Source: a virus
Reading direction: 5' to 3' (one strand)
Virus record (IMG/VR): IMGVR_UViG_3300046819_000377
Location: 3,802-67,801 of that record
Length of the DNA: 64,000 nucleotides
The notes under the pieces are model-generated. The model made no database searches, was not told the DNA's origin, and saw only the letters and a list, made by a program, of their open reading frames with translations. Position numbers and translations under genes: made by a program. This document shows positions 53,485 through 61,461 of this stretch, piece after piece (the first letter of the stretch is position 1; each line of letters begins with the position of its first letter).

Positions 53485-53691
53485 ATGAGAGCTGCAGAAT
53501 TTATGAGAGCGTTGGCTGATGTAATTGATACATTAGATGGCGACAAAGAAAATAAAAAAGACCCATCTGAATTAGAAGATAATCCAGTGTTTGTTCCACC
53601 ATTACAACAAAAGATCGAATTGATGAAAAAATCATCAGGTATTCAATCTGTCTTTGATCAGGCAGATGATGATGGTCCTTTTGAGGATTAA
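53485..53691 (+). CDS. small acidic protein with MRAAEFM N-terminus
   Basis: SD AAGGA. Shared N-terminal motif. Confidence 0.5.
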   Translation: MRAAEFMRALADVIDTLDGDKENKKDPSELEDNPVFVPPLQQKIELMKKSSGIQSVFDQADDDGPFED

Positions 53692-53693
53692 TC

Positions 53694-54044
53694 GTGGCCT
53701 TTACCCAAGATTTTTTTACTAGTTATCGCGGATATGATGACGGGGAAACTCGGATTGGTGATCGCAATCGTCTTTGGTACGATAGTAATACCAATACTAT
53801 ACGAATATCGGATGGAGAAACTCCAGGTGGAATTATCATTGGTGGTTCAGGCGGCGGTACTTATATACTACCAACTGCCTCTACTACTATTAAAGGTGGT
53901 GTCAAAATTGATGGAAATACTATTACTATTAATAATGGAGTTATTAGTTCACTTGCACCAACTGATATTAGTCAATTAACAGATAACACAAATGTGTTAT
54001 TATCGCTTGGCAGCAATCAAAATTTAGATGGCGGTCATTATTAA
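53694..54044 (+). CDS. tail-fibre-like protein (GTG start), contains TIKGGVKIDGNTITINNGVISS module
   Basis: Module shared with 55396 and 59162. Confidence 0.5.
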   Translation: MAFTQDFFTSYRGYDDGETRIGDRNRLWYDSNTNTIRISDGETPGGIIIGGSGGGTYILPTASTTIKGGVKIDGNTITINNGVISSLAPTDISQLTDNTNVLLSLGSNQNLDGGHY

Positions 54045-54053
54045 GGAATTTAA

Positions 54054-55325
54054 ATGAGTAACATTATTAGAATAAAACGTTCAGAAACATCAGGCAATCC
54101 ATCAACATTAGGTAATGGTGAATTAGCATATTCTGGATTAACAGATAATGGTAGTAATGGTGGTGATCGATTATACATTGGTATGGGTTCAGAAACTAGT
54201 GGAAATGCCGCAACCCATGTTGTTATCGGTGGTAAATTTTTTACCGATAGATTAGATCATACTGCTGGCACATTAACTGCATCGTCTGCTATTGTGGTAG
54301 ATTCTAATAAAAAAATCGATGATTTATTAGTTGATAACATTGAATTAAATGGCAACACTATTAGCACTACTGATACTAATGGAAATTTATTATTATCACC
54401 TAATGGTACTGGAAAAGTTTCTATTGCTGGTGCTTATACATTACCTAGAGTAGATGGTACTGCCAATTATGTTTTAACCACTAATGGAGCTGGTGTTGTA
54501 TCTTGGGCTGCAATACCAGTTAGTGGCTCAATAACCATTGGCTCAACATCTATATCATTAGGCGCAACCTCCACTTCATTAGCTGGATTAACCGAACTAA
54601 CAATTGATAATTTAAACTTCAATGGCAATATTATTTCATCCACAAATACAAATGGCGATATTTCATTAGACCCAAATGGGTTAGGGAATGTTGATGTCAA
54701 TGGTGCGAAAATAACTAATGTTGGTACACCAGAAGTTGGTAGTGATGCTGCTAATAAAGATTATGTTGATAATGCAGTTACTGGGTTAACATGGAAAGAT
54801 GCTGCTAATTTATTAGCAGATTCTAATGTAGCATTAACTGGAACAACTGGGACGTTGGTTATTGATGGTCATGGTGCATTAACTCAAGCACACGGCGATG
54901 GTTATAGAATTTTATTAAAAAATCAATCAACTGCATCAGAAAATGGTGTATATCTATACAGCGATGATGGTTCTAATTATACATTATCTAGATCAGCTGA
55001 CGCAGATACTTACGCTGAATTAAAAGGTGCTTCAATATTCATATTAGAAGGTACCAATTATGGTAAATCTGGTTGGGTACAAGGTAATCATTATTTGACC
55101 AATTTTTCAGATCAGCAATGGGTACAATTCAATGGCGGTGGTGCGTATTCAGGCGGTGATGGGTTGACATTATCCGGTTCAACATTTAGTGTTAATGTTG
55201 CAACTGATGGTGGTATTGAAATTGCAGCTGATAACCTACAATTAAAATCAACTGTTGCCGGTAGTGGATTATCATATTCAGCTGGAGTATTATCAGTTAG
55301 TGATATAGACGGCGGTACATATTAA
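54054..55325 (+). CDS. tail fibre protein (423 aa)
   Basis: N-terminus IRIKRSETSGNPSTLGNGELAYSG, typical of the phage fibre N-terminal motif. Gly/Thr-rich beta repeats. Confidence 0.65.
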   Translation: MSNIIRIKRSETSGNPSTLGNGELAYSGLTDNGSNGGDRLYIGMGSETSGNAATHVVIGGKFFTDRLDHTAGTLTASSAIVVDSNKKIDDLLVDNIELNGNTISTTDTNGNLLLSPNGTGKVSIAGAYTLPRVDGTANYVLTTNGAGVVSWAAIPVSGSITIGSTSISLGATSTSLAGLTELTIDNLNFNGNIISSTNTNGDISLDPNGLGNVDVNGAKITNVGTPEVGSDAANKDYVDNAVTGLTWKDAANLLADSNVALTGTTGTLVIDGHGALTQAHGDGYRILLKNQSTASENGVYLYSDDGSNYTLSRSADADTYAELKGASIFILEGTNYGKSGWVQGNHYLTNFSDQQWVQFNGGGAYSGGDGLTLSGSTFSVNVATDGGIEIAADNLQLKSTVAGSGLSYSAGVLSVSDIDGGTY

Positions 55326-55395
55326 ATAAAATAGTGGGTAGAATTTCTATTCTACCCTTGCAATTATTGCAGAACTTTCCTCTATAGGATTTAAA

Positions 55396-56004
55396 ATGGC
55401 AAATAAAGTATTACTGAAAAAATCATCAGTAATCGGCAAAATCCCACTCGCTACTGATTTAGATTATGGCGAGATCGCGTTGAATTACGCCGATGAAAAA
55501 TTATATTTTAAAAACACATCTGATCAAGTAACCTTCATTTCGAATTATACATTACCAACTGCTAGTACAACAGTATTAGGTGGTGTAAAAGTTGATGGAA
55601 CATCAATTACTATTGATAATGGTGTCATTAGTTCAGCAGGTGGAGGAGGTTCATCTGCGTATAATAGAACTTCATATACAGCACTTCCTGGACAAACAGT
55701 ATTTAATGTAATATATACAGTTAATTTTATAAACGTATATATCAACGGAACATTATTAGATCCCGCATCCTATACCGCAACTAATGGGGCTTCAATAACA
55801 CTAAATACTGGTTGTAATGAAGAAGATTTAGTAGATATTTTTGCTTTTTCAAATGTTTCATTACAGTCTATGCCAACCGCTACTACATCAACCTTGGGCG
55901 GGGTTAAAGTAGATGGCACAACTGTTACAATTGATAACGGTGTGATAAGTAGTAATTCTCATATAGGAAAGAGTCTTATTATGACAATTATATTTGGTGG
56001 ATGA
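55396..56004 (+). CDS. tail-fibre-like protein (202 aa)
   Basis: IPLATDLDYGEIALNYADEKLYFK. Two GGVKVDGT.ITIDNGVISS modules. Confidence 0.6.
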   Translation: MANKVLLKKSSVIGKIPLATDLDYGEIALNYADEKLYFKNTSDQVTFISNYTLPTASTTVLGGVKVDGTSITIDNGVISSAGGGGSSAYNRTSYTALPGQTVFNVIYTVNFINVYINGTLLDPASYTATNGASITLNTGCNEEDLVDIFAFSNVSLQSMPTATTSTLGGVKVDGTTVTIDNGVISSNSHIGKSLIMTIIFGG

Positions 56005-56005
56005 T

Positions 56006-56422
56006 ATGGCTGTTCAAAATTTACTTAAAATGACCGCAATGAGATTAAAAACATCATATCTAACTCCTTCTACCACTGGTAACATTGTATTACTTTCAAA
56101 TGGTTCGGATTGTGCAATTAAAATTGAATCAATACTTGCATCTAATATAAGTGAAGGCACCGCAATCTGTAGTGTCTATTTGGGTATTGGAGTTGGAATT
56201 ATAAAAAACCCATTCCCAGGAACTATGGTTGAAATGATGAAAGATATACCAATATATAGCTCATCATCGATGGTCTTTAGCGATAGAGCTACTAGCTTTT
56301 ACCTACCAGAAAATAATTGTATAGTGGTATCATCATCAATTGCAAATTCAATAAAGTATACCATAACGTATGAAATAGCCGCTACGAGTATTAAATATAT
56401 TAATATGGCAGAAAGCATCTGA
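56006..56422 (+). CDS. structural protein, paralogue of 56450..56845
   Basis: ..VVSSSIANSIKYTITYE vs ..VTSSIASTLVYVVSYE. Confidence 0.5.
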   Translation: MAVQNLLKMTAMRLKTSYLTPSTTGNIVLLSNGSDCAIKIESILASNISEGTAICSVYLGIGVGIIKNPFPGTMVEMMKDIPIYSSSSMVFSDRATSFYLPENNCIVVSSSIANSIKYTITYEIAATSIKYINMAESI

Positions 56423-56449
56423 GTATTAAAAATAAATTATGGAATAATA

Positions 56450-56845
56450 ATGGCAAATCCAAATATAGCAAATTTATCAACAATTAATGGGGTAACAACA
56501 TATTATAACCCATCAGTAACATCAGCGGTTGTATTAGTTGCAAATCCTGCAAATTCAGGACATGTTTATAAAATCAATGTTATAAACATATCTAATATAG
56601 ATACATCATCAAATATACCAACTTCAATAGCACTTTATACAAATGGTGATGTGTCACAAGGTTCTTCACCATCAGGTGGTGTTGCATATTCATTACTTTC
56701 TACAGTAGTGGTGCCATATAATGCTTCATTGGTTGCAATAGATAAGGCATCTTCATTCTACTTACAAGAAGGCATGTCCATCATTGTTACATCATCAATT
56801 GCGAGTACATTGGTATATGTTGTTAGTTACGAGGATATGTTTTAA
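56450..56845 (+). CDS. structural protein, paralogue of 56006..56422
   Basis: ORF track. Confidence 0.5.
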   Translation: MANPNIANLSTINGVTTYYNPSVTSAVVLVANPANSGHVYKINVINISNIDTSSNIPTSIALYTNGDVSQGSSPSGGVAYSLLSTVVVPYNASLVAIDKASSFYLQEGMSIIVTSSIASTLVYVVSYEDMF

Positions 56846-57753
56846 TGGCTAGATTTGGTGGTAGTTTAATAGGGAAAACTATCACTGTAACTACTGATGT
56901 AGCAAACGGAATTTGGTCGGTAAAAAATGCATATCAAAACACAAGCTGGCCGTGGTTTGAATTATATAAATTAGTTTTTCCTGTTACATTCGGTACATCA
57001 AAAAATACTCAATTTGGATATATTCAAACTTCTAATTCATCCTATATACCACCAAATTCGGTCCCGCCAACAAAAGCCGAATTACAAACATATTATGATA
57101 GTATTGGAACTGGGACAGGTACACTCTCATCAATACTAGCAGATAGTACGAATACATATTTTGAAGTACCATATAATGGGGTTCAAGTATGGACTGTACC
57201 AAAATCAGGGTTATACACATTTGAAGTAGCCGGTGCCCCCAGCGGTAATGCTTCTGGGGGTAGCACCTTATATGGATATCCAGCAAAAATAACAGCAACT
57301 TTTAGTTTATTAAAAAATGAGATAATATGGATGTTAATAGGCCATCGTGGAACACAGTCTGGTTATGGGACATCTAACAACGGGGGGTGTGGTGGATTTA
57401 CATTAGTCGCCAAAGGTTCTGATATAACTAATATAGCAAATTTAACCGCATGTTTAGTGTGTGCAGGTGCAGGATTATCGTATAGTGATGGCACTGTTGT
57501 AAATGCTAGTTATACTGGACAATCATTGACTGCATATAATGCCGTTAAATCTTCATCCGGCTCATTAAATGGCTCTAGACATTCATATTATTATTCATTT
57601 TTTTATTATATCAGTGCTGGTGGATTTCCTCTCGGGGGTACCATTAATGGCCCGAAGTATTCTGATTGTTATGTAGATACTACTGCAACAAATGTAACCA
57701 GAGAATTGATGTCAACCTTGCAGGCTGGATACGTTAAAGTAAGTTATAGTTAA
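56845..57753 (+). CDS. glycine-rich-domain structural protein, paralogue of 59794..60669
   Basis: VQVWTVPKSGLYTFEVAGAPSGNASGG..GCGGFTLVAKG. Confidence 0.55.
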   Translation: MARFGGSLIGKTITVTTDVANGIWSVKNAYQNTSWPWFELYKLVFPVTFGTSKNTQFGYIQTSNSSYIPPNSVPPTKAELQTYYDSIGTGTGTLSSILADSTNTYFEVPYNGVQVWTVPKSGLYTFEVAGAPSGNASGGSTLYGYPAKITATFSLLKNEIIWMLIGHRGTQSGYGTSNNGGCGGFTLVAKGSDITNIANLTACLVCAGAGLSYSDGTVVNASYTGQSLTAYNAVKSSSGSLNGSRHSYYYSFFYYISAGGFPLGGTINGPKYSDCYVDTTATNVTRELMSTLQAGYVKVSYS

Positions 57754-57764
57754 AGGGAAATATC

Positions 57765-59141
57765 ATGGCATCTGTCAATAAGTATTTTGGTAATATTATT
57801 CGTTCATCTAAAATATCAATAAGTAAATTCAAAACATCAGGGATATTTAATATCAAAGATAACTATATCCAACGATTATCAGATCTATGGCCTAATGAAG
57901 GTGTATGGTGTGCATTTAAATCATCAATAACCACTAGCAGTAATACCTACATGTCAGGTGCAAATACATTGCACGTTTGTTCTGATGGTAGTATTTATGC
58001 TACCTATACAACTGTTGTAACTGAAAGGGAATCATATATGGTTAAACACTCACCAAGTGGGACCGTATTATGGCAGGAAAAATTCCCTAGCCGTGAAAAA
58101 ACAATTGATTCATGCATTGACTCATCCGATAATTGCTATGTTATGTCTGATTTTAATCAATCAGGGTATTATAACTATGTATTTATTTCTAAATATTCAT
58201 CAAATGGTACAATGCTATGGCGGAGATATATTTCTAGTTCATCATCAGATGTTAATTCTGTTAATTGTTTTATTGGAACTGATGGTTACCTATATGCATC
58301 TGTTAAAAAATATAGTAATACTACCGGGGTGTGTTACATTATCAATACTGATGGTGGTTTGATTTCTAAAAATAATATACCGTATGGCGGGGTAGTATTT
58401 CAAAACAACTCTGGGACTTTTTATGTTTCATCATATTGGAACTCAACGCAATCTGTTTATAAATTTGGAAATTCATTATCCGGTCAATACACTTCAGCAA
58501 TAGCTATATCAGGCCCATCTGGTGGTTATATTGGGTTGAATAATAAACCAACAGTTGATTCATCTGGGATAATATATCTACATGGTTCATATTGTACAAC
58601 TACCAGTACTACGAAACCATTAGGGGTTACTGTTAGACTCAATTCATCAGTTTCTTGGCTTTCTACAACAACATTTTCTGATCCAGGATCTACTTACATT
58701 GGAAACGGATGTAGTACAAATAATTCTGTTATTTCTGGAAATTACATTTATACAATCAGCAGTGAATATACTCCATATAGTTATGTGCATTGCTATAATA
58801 TTTCTAATTTTTCAGTGGTATGGGTTATGCGCTTGAGTGGTAATAGTACAAATTTTCCACCGGATCTGTTGGAAAAAGACAATAAAGGCAACATATATCT
58901 GTATCATGGATATTATGCAATGAAACTTCTTCCTGATCTCTATTTCGTTGGTTCTTATACACTTTACGATAAAACTATATCAATTATTAAAAAAACCGAT
59001 CTATCATATGCAGGACCAAGTATTACTCTGGCGGCTGCTTCATACACAATAACTACCAATACTGATGCGGATCTTTATTTTTATAACGCATCTGCATCTA
59101 GCACTAATAGTAATTTAACATTTTATAATATAATTATATAA
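57765..59141 (+). CDS. Ser/Thr/Tyr-rich repeat structural protein (beta-propeller-like)
   Basis: Repeated xxDGxxY / SSxxN blocks. 458 aa. Confidence 0.55.
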   Translation: MASVNKYFGNIIRSSKISISKFKTSGIFNIKDNYIQRLSDLWPNEGVWCAFKSSITTSSNTYMSGANTLHVCSDGSIYATYTTVVTERESYMVKHSPSGTVLWQEKFPSREKTIDSCIDSSDNCYVMSDFNQSGYYNYVFISKYSSNGTMLWRRYISSSSSDVNSVNCFIGTDGYLYASVKKYSNTTGVCYIINTDGGLISKNNIPYGGVVFQNNSGTFYVSSYWNSTQSVYKFGNSLSGQYTSAIAISGPSGGYIGLNNKPTVDSSGIIYLHGSYCTTTSTTKPLGVTVRLNSSVSWLSTTTFSDPGSTYIGNGCSTNNSVISGNYIYTISSEYTPYSYVHCYNISNFSVVWVMRLSGNSTNFPPDLLEKDNKGNIYLYHGYYAMKLLPDLYFVGSYTLYDKTISIIKKTDLSYAGPSITLAAASYTITTNTDADLYFYNASASSTNSNLTFYNIII

Positions 59142-59161
59142 AATATTAGGATAAATACATT

Positions 59162-59785
59162 ATGTCAAATAATAGAAATCTTGCTTTTTTTTCATCATAT
59201 CTAACAAATTCAGGATATATTAATCCTTCTAGTGAGGTGATTCCAGTAGCCACTGCATCAACAATCGGCGGAGTAAAAATAGATGAAACTACTATTTCTA
59301 TTAATGCTGGGGTTATTAGTTTAAATACTGCAAATTCTAATACATTCACTAATACACAAATATTTGCTGGTTCTGCAACTGCACTTGCTACAAAATTAGT
59401 TAACGCTAAAGAACTTGTTACTATATCAGCTACAGCAGCAACAGGAACTATAAATTTTGATGTCTCAACGCAATCTATTTTATATTATACATCGAATGCA
59501 TCGGCAAACTTTACAATTAATATTAGATCAAATGCAAGTAATACACTTGATTCTGTCATGAATGTTGGTGAATCTGTAACAGTTGTGTTTATGAATACAA
59601 ATGGCGGTACAGCATATTATCCATCGGGAGTTCAAATAGATGCCGCTGCAGTAACTCCTAAATGGCAGGGTGGTTCAGCACCAACATCAGGTAATGCTAG
59701 CGCAATTGATGCTTACACTTATACTATTATTAAAACTGCTTCATTAACATATACCGTTCTTGCATCACAGTCTAAATTTGCATAG
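59162..59785 (+). CDS. tail-fibre-like protein with TASTIGGVKIDETTISINAGVISL module
   Basis: Shared module. Confidence 0.55.
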   Translation: MSNNRNLAFFSSYLTNSGYINPSSEVIPVATASTIGGVKIDETTISINAGVISLNTANSNTFTNTQIFAGSATALATKLVNAKELVTISATAATGTINFDVSTQSILYYTSNASANFTINIRSNASNTLDSVMNVGESVTVVFMNTNGGTAYYPSGVQIDAAAVTPKWQGGSAPTSGNASAIDAYTYTIIKTASLTYTVLASQSKFA

Positions 59786-59793
59786 GAAATATA

Positions 59794-60669
59794 ATGCCAT
59801 TATTATCAACATTTTCAAGTGCAAGTGTGCGGGATTTCGGCAGAGGAAGAGGTGGCGGTGCTGGTCTATTTGATTTTACATCGGGAACTTTTACCAGTCC
59901 TTTATTAGCTGGCACATATGGATCTAATACCGTTAAAACATGGATGTATGGTCCAACAAATGCTCAATTACTGAGTATGTATACTGGAAATTTGTATACT
60001 CTTTTAAATAACAACGTTTATTTTAAAGTTCCAGTTCAAGGTGTTCAAGCATTTTGTATACCAGCAACCGGAAATTATAAGATCGTTGCAAGAGGAGCAC
60101 CAGGTGGGAATAGTTCATATGCTGGTGGTCTTGGTGCATACATAGAGGCAACATTTGCATTTGAACAATCAGATATTTTATGGATGTCAATTGGCCAAGC
60201 AGGTGCAGCTGGACATACAACCGCCAGCGATTATTGTAGTGCAGGAGGTGGTGGTGCAACGTTTGTAGCAAAGGGTACAAAAAATCAATGGCTATTTAAT
60301 CCTACCAATGTTGGAACAAATTTAATATGTGCAGCAGGAGGGCTTGGTGCTAAAGAAAATAGATTTGCAACTACAACCCCATCTAATAGTAGTACCTATA
60401 CAACGACAGCTGGGTCAGGTTGGACATCTTGGATAACACAAAGTATAAATGGTGCTCTTGGAGGGTATAATGGGCTGTATTCAGCAGGTGGATATGGATT
60501 AGGTAAGGGAACTGATGATCAATTTGGTGGTGCAGGTGGCAATGGTGGCACATATCAGACAACGCCGGAAAATTATATACATTCTAGTGCAACTAATATA
60601 ACTGTATCTGGGACTACTAGCATTAGTTCTAGAAGTAATCCTGGATATGTTACCTTGATTAAACTGTAA
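59794..60669 (+). CDS. glycine-rich-domain structural protein, paralogue of 56845..57753
   Basis: VQAFCIPATGNYKIVARGAPGGNSSYAGGLGAY..SAGGGGATFVAKG. Confidence 0.55.
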   Translation: MPLLSTFSSASVRDFGRGRGGGAGLFDFTSGTFTSPLLAGTYGSNTVKTWMYGPTNAQLLSMYTGNLYTLLNNNVYFKVPVQGVQAFCIPATGNYKIVARGAPGGNSSYAGGLGAYIEATFAFEQSDILWMSIGQAGAAGHTTASDYCSAGGGGATFVAKGTKNQWLFNPTNVGTNLICAAGGLGAKENRFATTTPSNSSTYTTTAGSGWTSWITQSINGALGGYNGLYSAGGYGLGKGTDDQFGGAGGNGGTYQTTPENYIHSSATNITVSGTTSISSRSNPGYVTLIKL

Positions 60670-60678
60670 GGTAAAAAT

Positions 60679-60996
60679 ATGAATTATATCAAAGTATCAA
60701 AATCAAATGAAATAATAAAATATCCATATACATGGAATGATTTGTATAATGAAAATCCATTTTCTTTATATGATGATAGATATACATTATCAAAATGGTA
60801 TGAAAAAACTGAAGAAGGAATATCGTCTGAAAACAAAATACTAGAAGTAACTATACAGGATTGTTCATCAATCGATCAAAGTAAATTCATAGTAGCATAT
60901 GATAATATACCAATTTTTGAAAATGACCATTGGATTTTGAAATTTACAATAGAAGAAATGGATGTAGTTGTTTCAGTTAAACCGGCTGCAATTTAG
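60679..60996 (+). CDS. hypothetical protein (105 aa)
   Basis: ORF track. Confidence 0.5.
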   Translation: MNYIKVSKSNEIIKYPYTWNDLYNENPFSLYDDRYTLSKWYEKTEEGISSENKILEVTIQDCSSIDQSKFIVAYDNIPIFENDHWILKFTIEEMDVVVSVKPAAI

Positions 60997-61015
60997 AAAA
61001 ATAATAAATACATCC

Positions 61016-61441
61016 ATGAGAGCTAAAGAATTTTTAATAGAGAACGCCAGCGGCAGCCCGGTGACCATAAACATACCAATTTCTATAACAATCCCATCGG
61101 ATGGAGGTGGAATTGTTACGTCAACTAATGATCCTGTTGAAAAAGGTGAATTACCAGAAGTTCCAATTCATGTATTTCCACTACAACAAGAATTTGAATT
61201 GAAGAAACATCAGGCAGGTGCTTCTAACCCTGTTATCAATCAAATATTGCATGACAAAGGTGCGTTATCTGACAAAACACAGTCAGAAACCGTGCAACTT
61301 CCACCTACCAGAGATACATTATCTGAAAAAGATGTTTTTACTGATAAAAAAGTAATGGTTGAAAAAGAAAATCAATCATACGATTTTCTCGAAAATTTTG
61401 ACTGGCTAGAACAAGAATTCAGAAATTCTAAAAAGCATTAA
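61016..61441 (+). CDS. protein with MRAKEFLIE N-terminus (candidate packaged internal protein)
   Basis: ATG 61016. Shared N-terminal motif. L-I-E at residues 7-9. Confidence 0.5.
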   Translation: MRAKEFLIENASGSPVTINIPISITIPSDGGGIVTSTNDPVEKGELPEVPIHVFPLQQEFELKKHQAGASNPVINQILHDKGALSDKTQSETVQLPPTRDTLSEKDVFTDKKVMVEKENQSYDFLENFDWLEQEFRNSKKH

Positions 61442-61461
61442 TTTACATTTTTGGAAGTTAA

